A stretch of 64,000 nt of DNA from Pikeienuella sp. (GTDB lineage Bacteria > Pseudomonadota > Alphaproteobacteria > Rhodobacterales > Rhodobacteraceae). How positions within the stretch are numbered: position 1 is the first letter of the stretch; every line of letters starts with the position of its first letter. This document shows positions 55,227 to 64,000 of the stretch, piece by piece. The stretch covers positions 5,814 through 69,813 of the forward strand of contig JBMYXS010000004.1 in assembly GCA_049608645.1 (NCBI GenBank), given 5' to 3'. Below the pieces are notes generated by a model, which was not told the DNA's origin, ran no database searches, and saw nothing but the letters and a program-made list of their open reading frames with translations. Position numbers and translations under genes: made by a program.

Positions 55227-56378
55227 TCAGCCGACCACGGGCAACCGCCCGCGGGCCACGGCGACGTGCAGGCTTGTTCCGTGCAGCAATGACTGATCGT
55301 TGAAATCAAAATCAGGGCTGTGCAGCGGCGCAGACGTCTCCCCGCCACCGATAAAGGCAAAACACCCCGGCACATGGCTCAGAAATCGGGCAAAATCTTC
55401 GGAGGCTGTCATGGGTTTGGCAGATGCATCAACATTAGTCGAAACGGGTCGCGCCGCCGTCACAAAGGCATCGGTGAGGTCATCGTCATTGGTCAGAGAG
55501 ACAAATTCACGCGTATAGGTCACTGTCGCCTCAATCCCGTGGGCGGCGGCAACCCCGGCAACAATGCGGCGCATGTCGGCCTCTATCGCGGCTGAAATTT
55601 CGGTTCGAAAACTGCGGGCATCGCCAAGAATGCGCGCATGTCCGGGCAACGCATTTCGCGTGCCGTCGGTCAAGATTTCAGTCACCGAAACAACCGCTAT
55701 ATCAGCAGGGTCGATGCAACGCGCAACAATGGTTTGCAACTCCATCACCAAGGCGCAAGCCGGCACCATAACCTCACGGCAATGACTGGGCCTTGCGGCG
55801 TGGCCGCCTGTGCCCTTCAATTCAATCTCAAAGATATCTTCGGCGGACATGATCGCGCCGGGGCGGGTTTCCACGTGCCCAACCGGCAAGCCGGGCAAAT
55901 TATGAAGGCCGTAAACCTCCTCAAACGGGAAACGGGCCATCAAACCATCATCCAACATGGCAAGCGCACCCTGCCCCCATTCCTCCGCCGGTTGGAAGAT
56001 AAAACGCACCGTACCGTCAAAGCCGCCTTCTTCGGCCAGTATCTGCGCCGCACCGAGCAACATCGCTGTGTGACCATCATGGCCGCAGGCGTGCATTGTA
56101 CCCGGCGTGCGCGAAGCCCATGGCGCGCCGCTCGTTTCAGTAATCCGCAGCGCATCCATATCGGCGCGCAATGCGATAGCACGGTTTGACGTGCCACGCG
56201 TAAGCGTTCCCACAACACCCGTGCCCCCCACGCCTTCGGCAACGTCAACGCCAAACTCACGCAAGGTCTTCGCAACAAATGCGGCTGTACGGCTTTCCTC
56301 AAACCCAAATTCCGGGTGTTGATGCAAATCGCGGCGCCAAGCTGTCATGCGGGCTTCAAGCGCGGTCATATCGGTCAT
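55227..56378 (-). CDS. M20 family amidohydrolase (N-acyl-amino-acid/hippurate hydrolase-like)
   Basis: RRDLHQHPEFGFEE and ACGHDGH motifs. 383 aa. Confidence 0.8.
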   Translation of the reverse strand: MTDMTALEARMTAWRRDLHQHPEFGFEESRTAAFVAKTLREFGVDVAEGVGGTGVVGTLTRGTSNRAIALRADMDALRITETSGAPWASRTPGTMHACGHDGHTAMLLGAAQILAEEGGFDGTVRFIFQPAEEWGQGALAMLDDGLMARFPFEEVYGLHNLPGLPVGHVETRPGAIMSAEDIFEIELKGTGGHAARPSHCREVMVPACALVMELQTIVARCIDPADIAVVSVTEILTDGTRNALPGHARILGDARSFRTEISAAIEADMRRIVAGVAAAHGIEATVTYTREFVSLTNDDDLTDAFVTAARPVSTNVDASAKPMTASEDFARFLSHVPGCFAFIGGGETSAPLHSPDFDFNDQSLLHGTSLHVAVARGRLPVVG

Positions 56379-56575
56379 AGCGACAGGGCCTCAATCAGGT
56401 GGATCATTTGCAAAACAGTCTACCAAGCGGCTGCAACTCGCAACTCTTTCGCACCTGCGTTTGGCCGCCCCGTATCCTTGCCAGGTGAGCAGGCCCTTTT
56501 CAGACAAAGGCGAAGTGCTTATTGCGGTTACCCAAACACGTTCCGCGACCGCGCGCTGATGGAGACCAAAGCCAG

Positions 56576-58609
56576 ATGAAAACCGTTGCCATCGTTCAGG
56601 CCCGCATGGGTTCCAGCCGTCTACCGGGCAAGGTCATGCGGGAGGTAGGCGGGCAGCGTGTCATCGACCTGCTGTTGCGCCGGCTTGATCAGGCGCAAGA
56701 GGTCGATGAAATTGTGCTGGCGACCACTGTCCGCCCTATCGACACACCATTGGCAGAGCATGTGGCGGCACAAGGGTTTCGTGTGGTGCGCGGCAGTGAA
56801 GACGATGTTCTTTCACGGTTTGTGACTGCTGCGGACGAAGCACAGGCCGACATCGTCATTCGCATCACCGGCGATTGCCCGCTGGTCATGCCAGAGTTGG
56901 TAGATGCCGCCATGCGCCGCTATCATGCGGAGCCGACGCTTGATTACCTTTCAAACACCGAGCCACCAACCTACCCGGATGGGTTCGATCTGGAAATTTT
57001 TCCGGCCAAGAACCTTCGCCTGATGGCTGAGCGGGCAAAAGATGATTTCGACCGGGAACATGTCACGCCCTATCTGCGGCGGGAGCCGGGCTTTCAACGG
57101 GCAAATATCGAAGCTGAACGTGACTTGTCTCATCTCCGGCTGACGGTGGATGAACCTGATGATCTGGCGATGATCGGCAATGTTCTTGCCGCATTGGCAC
57201 CTGATCTCGATTTCGGAATGGATGCGCTGATTGGACTGATCGACCAGCGCGGCCAAATGTTCGACGTTAACAGCCAAATCAATCGCAACGACGGAGCCAC
57301 CATGGGCAAGGGTCAGAAACTCTGGAAACGTGCCAAACAGATTATTCCCGGTGGCAATATGTTGCTTTCCAAACGGGCGGAGATGTTCTTGCCCGAACAA
57401 TGGCCAGCGTATTTTGACCGAACCGAAGGGTGTCAGGTCTGGGATATGGACGGCAACGCCTATCTCGACATGGGCTTCATGGGCATTGGCACCAACACGC
57501 TCGGCTATAGCCACCCAGAGGTTGATGAGGCTGTGCGTGACGTGGTGACGAAGGGAAACCTGTCTACGCTGAATTGCCCCGAAGAGGTAATGCTGGCTGA
57601 ACGCATGATCGACATTAACCCCTGGGCCGACATGGTTCGGTTTGCCCGCTCGGGCGGGGAGGCAAACTCCGTCGCCATTCGTATCGCCCGTGCGGCGGCG
57701 GGGCGTGATAATGTTGCAATATGCGGGTATCACGGCTGGCATGACTGGTATCTGTCGGCCAACCTTGCGGACGATGCCAACCTTGATGGCCACCTGTTGC
57801 CCGGCCTCGCACCGCGCGGCGTACCCCGCTCGCTTGCGGGGTCGACATATCCGTTTTTATACAACGACCTTGCCACGTTGGAGGATCTGGTCACGACGCG
57901 CAATATTGGCGTGATCAAGATGGAGGTTTACCGCAACGTCGAACCTGCCGATGGGTTCCTGCACAAGGTTCGTGCACTGGCGGACAAGCACAACATCGTT
58001 TTGGTGTTCGATGAATGCACATCAGGCTTTCGCGAAACCTTTGGCGGGCTGCATCAGAAATATGGCGTTGAGCCTGACCTTGCCGTTTATGGCAAGACCC
58101 TTGGCAATGGCTACGCCGTCACGGCGGTAACGGGCCGCCGCGAGGTGATGGAAGCCGCACAAGATACCTTTATCAGTTCAACTTTCTGGACAGAGCGCAT
58201 CGGATCCGCCGCCGCACTGAAAACGCTTGAGGTGATGGAGCGGGAAAAAAGTTGGGAGCGCATCACCGCAACCGGGCAATCCTATCGCGCGCGTTTGACC
58301 GACCTGGCCGCATCACATGATGTGCCCGTTGCCATCAGCGGCCTGCCCTCGCTGACCACTTATGCAATACCCGGCGAACAATCGGCGGCGTTCAAAACCC
58401 TGATCACACAGGAAATGCTGAAATCGGGCTTCCTTGCACCGCCCGCATTCTACGCCAGCCTCGCCCATACCGAGGCATTGCTGGATCAGACGTTTGCGGC
58501 GCTTGACCCGATCTTTGCCCAAATCGCAGGCTGCCTCGCCGGGAAACTGAAGGTGGAAGATCTGCTCGAAGGGCCGTTGTGCCACACAGGATTCAACCGC
58601 CTGAACTAG
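56576..58609 (+). CDS. Fusion protein: SpsF-like cytidylyltransferase (N) + class-III PLP aminotransferase, glutamate-1-semialdehyde-aminomutase-like (C)
   Basis: ORF 56522..58609. Start ATG 56576 (MKTVAIVQARMGSSRLPGKV, the SpsF/CMP-sugar synthase P-loop-like motif). From about aa 245 onward: KRAKQIIPGGNMLLSKR, GYHGWHDWY, FDECTSGFR and YGKTLGNGY (PLP Lys). No in-frame stop between the two domains. Confidence 0.75.
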   Translation: MKTVAIVQARMGSSRLPGKVMREVGGQRVIDLLLRRLDQAQEVDEIVLATTVRPIDTPLAEHVAAQGFRVVRGSEDDVLSRFVTAADEAQADIVIRITGDCPLVMPELVDAAMRRYHAEPTLDYLSNTEPPTYPDGFDLEIFPAKNLRLMAERAKDDFDREHVTPYLRREPGFQRANIEAERDLSHLRLTVDEPDDLAMIGNVLAALAPDLDFGMDALIGLIDQRGQMFDVNSQINRNDGATMGKGQKLWKRAKQIIPGGNMLLSKRAEMFLPEQWPAYFDRTEGCQVWDMDGNAYLDMGFMGIGTNTLGYSHPEVDEAVRDVVTKGNLSTLNCPEEVMLAERMIDINPWADMVRFARSGGEANSVAIRIARAAAGRDNVAICGYHGWHDWYLSANLADDANLDGHLLPGLAPRGVPRSLAGSTYPFLYNDLATLEDLVTTRNIGVIKMEVYRNVEPADGFLHKVRALADKHNIVLVFDECTSGFRETFGGLHQKYGVEPDLAVYGKTLGNGYAVTAVTGRREVMEAAQDTFISSTFWTERIGSAAALKTLEVMEREKSWERITATGQSYRARLTDLAASHDVPVAISGLPSLTTYAIPGEQSAAFKTLITQEMLKSGFLAPPAFYASLAHTEALLDQTFAALDPIFAQIAGCLAGKLKVEDLLEGPLCHTGFNRLN

Positions 58610-58626
58610 GCACCCGCCATCAAAAA

Positions 58627-58666
58627 GGGGGGAAGCGCGGGCATTGTCGCGCTTCCCCCTTTTTTG
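58627..58666. terminator. Strong GC hairpin terminator between convergent genes (bidirectional-looking)
   Basis: gggggaagcgcg (58628-58639) / cgcgcttccccc (58648-58659). Flanked by aaaaa upstream and tttttt downstream. Confidence 0.8.
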
Positions 58667-58704
58667 TCTGGCCAAACTTGCCGCCGGGCAAAATCTTGTT
58701 GCGC

Positions 58705-60201
58705 CTACCAGGGCACGAGCATCAGCGTGATGATCGGGAATAACAGCAAGACCACAACCCGGATCAAATCAGTCGCCACAAAATACAGCACCGCCTTATA
58801 GGTTTCGACCATGGGCGTTTCCCGGTCCATCGCATTGATGACAAACAGGTTCATGCCGACGGGGGGCGTGATCAGGCCCACCTCAACCACGATCAGCACC
58901 AGAATACCAAACCAGATCGCCGTCTGTTCAATATTGATCCGGTTAAGCGCGCCATTGCTGACCTTGCGCAGGCCAAGTTCTCGCGTCATTTCACGTGACA
59001 ATTCCTGACCGCTGGCCAGCAGGGCCTGCGCCTCAGCCAGCGCCGCTGCGGGAAGTTCCTTACCACTCGCCACCAGATCCGACAGGCGCGCCGATTGCAG
59101 CTCAACCATCGTCACCATGCCAAAATCAAGCTCTTGGACGATGGGCCAGAAAATCGGGATGGTCAGCAGGATCATGGAAAGACTGTCCATGAAACAGCCC
59201 AAGATCAGGTAGAACACCAGGATGATCACAATGACGAAAAGAGGGCTGAACCCACTTTCACCCACCCAAATGGCGGCCTCTTGCGGCAGTTGTGTCAACG
59301 CCAGAAACCCGTTGTAGAACGCCGCGCCCAGAATGATGAAAAAGATCATCGCGGTTGATTTTGCCGTTTCGTAAAAACTGTCAGCAAGGGTTTTGCGTGT
59401 CACTCCACCCGCCAGCCACGCGATGATGCCCGTTCCCAGCGCCCCAACAGCCGCGCCCTCAGTCGGGGTAAACCACCCCAGATAGATGCCGCCAACCACA
59501 AGAAAAAAGACCAGCAACACCGGCCACACATCAAAGACCGCGCGAAAGCGTTCGGCATAAGGCATCCGGGGGCGCGTGCCCGCCGAACCGGGGTTAAGAC
59601 GCACATAAATGGATATGGCGAGCATATAGCCCAAGGCCGCGAGGATACCGGGAATGAAGGCCGCAACGAACAGCTTTGCGATATTCTGCTCGGTGATGAT
59701 GGCATAGATCACCAGAACAACCGAAGGCGGAATCAAAATGCCAAGCGTGCCGCCGGCGGCAAGGGTCGCCGTGGAAAACCCGCCTGAATATCCGTAACGC
59801 TTTAGCTCAGGCAGGGCGACGCGGCTCATCGTGGCGGCGGTCGCCAGAGACGAGCCGCAAATGGCACCAAACCCGGCGCACGCACCGACAGACGCCATCG
59901 CAACACCGCCACGCCGATGTCCAAGCCAGCTTTCGGCAGCCTTGAACAACGCCTGGCTCATCCCTCCCAGGGTCGCGAAATACCCCATCAACAGGAACAT
60001 CGGCACGATCGAGAGCGAATAATTCGAAAAGGTTGAATAGGTTTCAGACTTCAACCGCGCAAACGGGATCGTCGTCTCCCCGGTCACTACGATCAGGCCC
60101 ACCAGCCCGGTCAAGAACATGCCGAACCCGATGGGGACGCGCAGGAAAATCAGAAGCAGCAGCGCAGGAAACGACAGCAGCCCAATAAGTAAATCGCTCA
60201 A
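58705..60201 (-). CDS. dctM: TRAP transporter large permease (DctM family) with an internal hydrophilic insert
   Basis: ORF 58705..60330. The likely start is TTG 60201, overlapping the dctQ stop (TTGA), giving (M)SDLLIGLLSF. An alternative ATG at 60252 would overlap dctQ by about 54 nt. Conserved C-terminal block VEVGLITPPVGMNLFV. Confidence 0.8.
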   Translation of the reverse strand: MSDLLIGLLSFPALLLLIFLRVPIGFGMFLTGLVGLIVVTGETTIPFARLKSETYSTFSNYSLSIVPMFLLMGYFATLGGMSQALFKAAESWLGHRRGGVAMASVGACAGFGAICGSSLATAATMSRVALPELKRYGYSGGFSTATLAAGGTLGILIPPSVVLVIYAIITEQNIAKLFVAAFIPGILAALGYMLAISIYVRLNPGSAGTRPRMPYAERFRAVFDVWPVLLVFFLVVGGIYLGWFTPTEGAAVGALGTGIIAWLAGGVTRKTLADSFYETAKSTAMIFFIILGAAFYNGFLALTQLPQEAAIWVGESGFSPLFVIVIILVFYLILGCFMDSLSMILLTIPIFWPIVQELDFGMVTMVELQSARLSDLVASGKELPAAALAEAQALLASGQELSREMTRELGLRKVSNGALNRINIEQTAIWFGILVLIVVEVGLITPPVGMNLFVINAMDRETPMVETYKAVLYFVATDLIRVVVLLLFPIITLMLVPW

Positions 60202-60782
60202 TGCATGGCCTCCGCCGAATGGGGGAGCAATGCTTGCCCCTTTGCGCATTCCATCACGCGCATGACAGCCACATAGGCCGCGATAACTGCAACAACCCAC
60301 GCACAGGCGCAGCTTGCGGCATAAGACCACCAGACCGGAAATTCGAGCAACAAGGTCGTCTGCCCGCTTCGCAACTTGGACAGCATGCCAAGGGTCAACT
60401 GCACTGCGATCAGGCCAATTCCGGCAGCGAATGCAACCTCAATAACCGCGCGCATCACCCGGTTAACCCGCTCTGGCAAGTGCGAGGTGAAAACATCGAC
60501 CGAAGCATGCGCGAACTGAAGCTGGCAAAGCGGCAAAAATGCAAAGATCGCAAACGCCATTCCCGCTTCTACAATTTCGAAATCACCGTCTATCGGACCA
60601 ACACCCGTCGCCAACAATGCTGTGGCCAGCCCCGGCACCAGATCCTGAAGAATATCACTGTGCAATATGGAATTAAGAGAGCGGCCCAAGACCGATGCGC
60701 AAATCAAAAGTATGAGCAGCGAAAGCGCAGCCCCCCCAAGCAGGGCGAACAGCCGTGCCAACCTCTCAGCAATACGGTACAT
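60198..60782 (-). CDS. dctQ: TRAP transporter small permease (DctQ family)
   Basis: 4 TM segments, 194 aa, positioned between dctP and dctM. Confidence 0.75.
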   Translation of the reverse strand: MYRIAERLARLFALLGGAALSLLILLICASVLGRSLNSILHSDILQDLVPGLATALLATGVGPIDGDFEIVEAGMAFAIFAFLPLCQLQFAHASVDVFTSHLPERVNRVMRAVIEVAFAAGIGLIAVQLTLGMLSKLRSGQTTLLLEFPVWWSYAASCACAWVVAVIAAYVAVMRVMECAKGQALLPHSAEAMH

Positions 60783-60802
60783 AACGCCCCCCTAGAGCAA
60801 TC

Positions 60803-60824
60803 GCAGCCGGGTTGCCCCGGCTGC
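60803..60824 (-). promoter_or_regulatory. Intercistronic stem-loop between dctP and dctQ
   Basis: gcagccggg / cccggctgc 9-bp stem with a 4-nt loop and no U-tract. Typical of mRNA-stabilising hairpins that raise binding-protein:permease ratios. Confidence 0.4.
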
Positions 60825-60834
60825 AATCAAAGTC

Positions 60835-61884
60835 TTACAGTTTCGCGTCAGCGCCTTTGCACTCGCCGCCCATCAGCGCACGCGCCTGATCGATCCGCGC
60901 CTGACCATCGACACCCTTGCCGCTTACGTCAGCGATCCAGGAATTGTAGATGGGTTTGGCAAGGGCCTGCCATTCGGATGTATCGGAAATGGTGATGATG
61001 TTGTTGCCGTTTTCCTCAGCAAACGCACGGGCCGGGCCATCAGCATCAGACTGTGTACCGCCTGCAAAGATCGAAAATTTCAGGCCGGAATTTTCGTTCA
61101 CGATAGCCTGCAAATCAGCGGGCATACCCTCAAACACTGATTTGTTCATCGCGAGGACGAACGTCAGGTTATAAAGGGCGTCGCCTTCAAATTCGGTGTG
61201 GTTTTCAACCAGCTCAGGGATTTTCAACGCGGTGGTCACTTCCCACGGAATTGTCGTTCCATCAATCACACCCTTGGAGAGCGCCTCGGAAACGGCTGGA
61301 ACCGGCATGCCAACAGGGGTCGCGCCCGCAGCCGTCAACAGGTCGTTCACAAGACGCGACCCACCACGGATTTTCATGCCCTGCAAGTCAGCAGGCGTTT
61401 CAACTGGCTCGTTGGTGTGGAACATGCCCGGCCCGTGAACCCAGGTGCCAAGAATCTTCACATCCTTGAACTCGCTGTCTTCCATGTGCTCTTCGAACAT
61501 CTTCCAGTATGCGCAAGACGCCGCACGCGCGTCTTCGACCATGAAGGGAAGTTCAAAAACCTCGGTTGTTGGGTAACGGCCGGGTGTATAGCCCACCACC
61601 GTCCAGACAATATCGGCCACCCCATCAATCGCCTGATCCATCAGTTCCGGTGGGCGACCACCAAGCTGCATGGTGGGAAAGCGGTCAATCTTGATGCGCC
61701 CCTGAGAAGCCGCTTCGATTTTGTCGGCCCACACATCCAAAACCAGCTTTGGCACATTCGCTTGTGCAGGCAAAAAGTGGTGCAACTTCAAAGTTACATC
61801 CTGCGCCGATGCCCCTGTCGCAAGCAACGCGCCAAAAGCGGCACCCGCCAAAGCGCGAAGGCCAAGTTTCGAAATATTCATCAT
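60835..61884 (-). CDS. dctP: TRAP transporter substrate-binding protein (DctP family)
   Basis: ORF 60835..61923. Start ATG 61884 or 61881 after GGGAGA. Signal peptide ...LLATGASA-QD. DctP-type fold blocks. Confidence 0.8.
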   Translation of the reverse strand: MMNISKLGLRALAGAAFGALLATGASAQDVTLKLHHFLPAQANVPKLVLDVWADKIEAASQGRIKIDRFPTMQLGGRPPELMDQAIDGVADIVWTVVGYTPGRYPTTEVFELPFMVEDARAASCAYWKMFEEHMEDSEFKDVKILGTWVHGPGMFHTNEPVETPADLQGMKIRGGSRLVNDLLTAAGATPVGMPVPAVSEALSKGVIDGTTIPWEVTTALKIPELVENHTEFEGDALYNLTFVLAMNKSVFEGMPADLQAIVNENSGLKFSIFAGGTQSDADGPARAFAEENGNNIITISDTSEWQALAKPIYNSWIADVSGKGVDGQARIDQARALMGGECKGADAKL

Positions 61885-62169
61885 AGTCTCCCTGTTTGGT
61901 TTCGAGGCGAATTTACCCACCAAAGCCTTTCAGCAATCAGGCGAGGCTTACGCCGCGTCGCGGTAAATTGCTACAAATCGAGACAAGTGTCGAGCGCCGT
62001 CTATGCGCACGCTCTTAGGCACGAGCGACCTTACAAAAACAACCAACAGGCGCGGTTTTCAGCACTCGAAAATGCCGAAATACATCAACGAATGTCGTGG
62101 GTGAGAAAGCAACATTTCTTGAGGGACGTGGTGCCGGGCTACTCCGCAGCGCAAGGCCTAGGGAGTGTT

Positions 62170-62256
62170 TGGTGCCCAGGAGAAGACTCGAACTTCCACA
62201 TCGTTTCCAATACTAGCACCTGAAGCTAGCGCGTCTACCAATTCCGCCACCTGGGC
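62170..62256 (-). tRNA. tRNA-Leu (anticodon CAG)
   Basis: The reverse complement folds as a cloverleaf: acceptor GCCCAGG/CCTGGGC, anticodon stem CTAGC/GCTAG with loop TTCAGGT, a long variable arm, T-arm GGAAG-TTCGAGT-CTTCT, and encoded CCA. Confidence 0.9.
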
Positions 62257-62273
62257 ACAGGTTAGCGAGGCGG

Positions 62274-62302
62274 GGTTTACGACTGGGGCGGGGGCGTGTC
62301 AA
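62274..62302 (-). promoter_or_regulatory. Sigma-70-type promoter candidate for tRNA-Leu
   Basis: On the minus strand, TTGACA (62302-62297), a 17-nt spacer, then TAAACC (62279-62274). About 18 nt upstream of the tRNA 5' end. Confidence 0.35.
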
Positions 62303-62483
62303 CGGGGTCTTGGCCGGATATTTGGAATATTTTTCTGATATTACCTTTTCACCCACCGCGCCCCGGCGTGACAAATTTAATGCGCGCCCGCGTCACGTTC
62401 GCGTCGGCGCGATTTCCTGTTGAGCCGCACTGCCCTGCCACCGTAAAAGGGGGAAAGTTCAAGTTGATCAGCAGGAGCGCGCA

Positions 62484-63491
62484 ATGCCCGCATCCAACCA
62501 GCCTTCTACGCAGGCTCCCATTGTCACCATTTTTGGCGGCTCCGGTTTTGTCGGGCGCTATATCGCACGTCGTATGGCCAAGGATGGCTGGCGCGTGCGC
62601 GTCGCCGTTCGTCGCCCGAACGAGGCAATCTTTGTTCGCCCCTACGGCAACGTCGGTCAGGTAGAGCCTGTTCAGGCCAACATCCGGGATGATGCCTCCA
62701 CCGCCCGCGCGGTCGAAGGGGCGAGCGTCGTCATCAACTGCGTCGGCATTCTCTATGAAAACAGCCGACAGAAATTTGACAATGTACAGGCCGAAGGTGC
62801 CGGGCGCATCGCGCAAGCTGCTGCGGCGGCTGGTGTTTCCAAGATGATTCACATTTCCGCAATCGGCGCAGATGTCGAAAGTGACAGCGCCTATGCCCGC
62901 ACCAAAGGCGAAGGCGAAGCCGCCGTTCTGGCCGCTTTCCCAAATGCCGTGATCCTGCGCCCTTCGATCATTTTTGGGGCCGAAGACCAATTCTTCAATC
63001 GCTTTGCGGCCATGGCCAAACTCTCCCCCGTTCTTCCCATGGTCGGGGCAGATACGCTTTTCCAGCCGATCTATGTGGATGATGTGGCAAAGGCTGCGAC
63101 CAATGCGGCGACAGGCGATGCAGCGGGTATCTATGAGTTGGGCGGCCCGCAAACATATACCTTCCGTGCATTGATGAAGATCATGCTCACAGAGATTCGC
63201 CGCCGCCGCTTGCTGATCGCCCTGCCATTCTTTGCAGCGCGCCTGATGGCTTGGGGGCTGGACCTTGTCGGTACGCTTTCTCTGGGCATTCTTGCCAATC
63301 GGCAGATCACGCAGGATCAGGTCAAATTGCTGGCAAACGACAATGTGGTCAGCGACGGGGCAAAAGGCCTTGGCGACCTTGATGTACGCCCCACCACAGT
63401 TGAGAGCGTTATTGGCGAATATCTGTATGCCTATCGCCCGGCGGGCCAATACGAGGCGATTACAGAATCAGCAGGCAATCTCAAAGTCTGA
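62484..63491 (+). CDS. NDUFA9-like NAD(P)H-binding SDR (complex I NDUFA9 subunit family protein)
   Basis: IFGGSGFVGRYIARRM Rossmann motif. 335 aa. Overall pattern matches bacterial NDUFA9 homologs of alphaproteobacteria. Confidence 0.7.
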   Translation: MPASNQPSTQAPIVTIFGGSGFVGRYIARRMAKDGWRVRVAVRRPNEAIFVRPYGNVGQVEPVQANIRDDASTARAVEGASVVINCVGILYENSRQKFDNVQAEGAGRIAQAAAAAGVSKMIHISAIGADVESDSAYARTKGEGEAAVLAAFPNAVILRPSIIFGAEDQFFNRFAAMAKLSPVLPMVGADTLFQPIYVDDVAKAATNAATGDAAGIYELGGPQTYTFRALMKIMLTEIRRRRLLIALPFFAARLMAWGLDLVGTLSLGILANRQITQDQVKLLANDNVVSDGAKGLGDLDVRPTTVESVIGEYLYAYRPAGQYEAITESAGNLKV

Positions 63492-63517
63492 TTGCCCTGC
63501 ACCGCGCCAGTTTTTCG

Positions 63518-63556
63518 CGCCGCCCTGTCTGGGAAAGACAGGGCGGCGTTGTTTTA
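63518..63556 (+). terminator. Rho-independent terminator after the NDUFA9-like gene
   Basis: Stem cgccgccctgtc (63518-63529) / gacagggcggcg (63537-63548), followed by ttgtttta. The U-tract overlaps the putA stop codon on the other strand. Confidence 0.7.
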
Positions 63557-64000
63557 TCCCGCTGCCAACAAGGCCGCATCACCGCCCGCGGCGGTTGTGT
63601 TGATGCAAATATGCCGTTCATGCACACAACGCGCCGCCATATCGTCAGCCCCCGTGATGAGCGGTAATATCTGACCATCCCGCGCGGCAAGGACGATCCG
63701 CGCCTGTTGTTGTGCTTCAACATCACCCCACAGGGCGACCGCATCAAAACCGGTCAATTCCGCCAAATCATCAAGGTTCAGCACCCCATCAATGTCGCCG
63801 CCCGGCACAATGGTCAGCGCGGCACAGCCTGCTTCCTCTGCGATGAGTTTCTGGCGTGGGGCATCGGGGCCAAGGCACAGAACCACGCCGCGCGGCAAGA
63901 CCGACAACCGGTTCGATTCGCCCGTTGGCCCGGGCAATACGGTTTCAGATAGCGCGATTTCAGGCGCGCTGATTTTGTAAAGAGCGGCTTGAACCTCTGC
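63554..64000 (-). CDS. putA: PutA (bifunctional proline dehydrogenase / glutamate-semialdehyde dehydrogenase), C-terminal fragment running off the window
   Basis: My hand translation shows the frame stays open from 63937 to 64000 (AEVQAALYKISAPEIALSETV-LPGPTGESNRL...). The C-terminal motif ERHICINTTAAGGDAALL is typical of long PutA proteins. Confidence 0.7.
   Translation of the reverse strand, partial: AEVQAALYKISAPEIALSETVLPGPTGESNRLSVLPRGVVLCLGPDAPRQKLIAEEAGCAALTIVPGGDIDGVLNLDDLAELTGFDAVALWGDVEAQQQARIVLAARDGQILPLITGADDMAARCVHERHICINTTAAGGDAALLAAG

Noticed and set aside
62170-62256. tRNA-Leu as a possible genomic-island integration site.
   Set aside because: No integrase gene, no partial tRNA direct repeat that I could find, and no mobility genes on either side. 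The neighbours are a TRAP transporter and an NDUFA9-like gene.

Overview
64-kb chromosomal segment of a high-GC marine alphaproteobacterium. Gene content looks Rhodobacterales/roseobacter-like: class-I LysRS, membrane-anchored cytochrome c, glnBA, a DddP-type M24 enzyme, and many TRAP/ABC/DMT transporters. I can support about 58 protein genes, one tRNA-Leu(CAG), several rho-independent terminators and a few candidate regulatory palindromes. I saw no rRNA, CRISPR array, transposase, integrase or prophage block. Most of the window is housekeeping: pheA, ispG-rodZ, nnr, glnB-glnA, parE, lysK, ubiK, lgt-midA-pgeF, and the putA 3' end. Loci worth a second look: (1) four genes between glnA and dddP, made of a small 3-TM protein plus a signal-peptide-less S8 subtilase, convergent with a tightly coupled SAM-methyltransferase/DUF3445 (heme N-demethylase-like) operon. 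The methyltransferase tail resembles a PqqD/RRE peptide-binding domain, and the operon shares a palindrome-bearing divergent promoter region with dddP. (2) An incomplete surface-sugar cluster at 52.4-58.6 kb containing a fused SpsF-like cytidylyltransferase/class-III aminotransferase. (3) A signal-less tailspike-like beta-helix protein at the left edge. (4) lhr and pdeM (ligase-associated DNA damage response) separated by a fatty-acid-hydroxylase/acyltransferase-3 pair, with no ligase in the window. (5) A gapdh-arsJ arsenate-resistance pair with no other ars genes. (6) Transporter oddities: TupBC-like genes with a beta-barrel gene instead of a binding protein, two tandem orphan YejA-like binding proteins, and a DctM with a 62-aa hydrophilic insert. 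All functional calls rest on motif and family recognition by eye. No database search was run.
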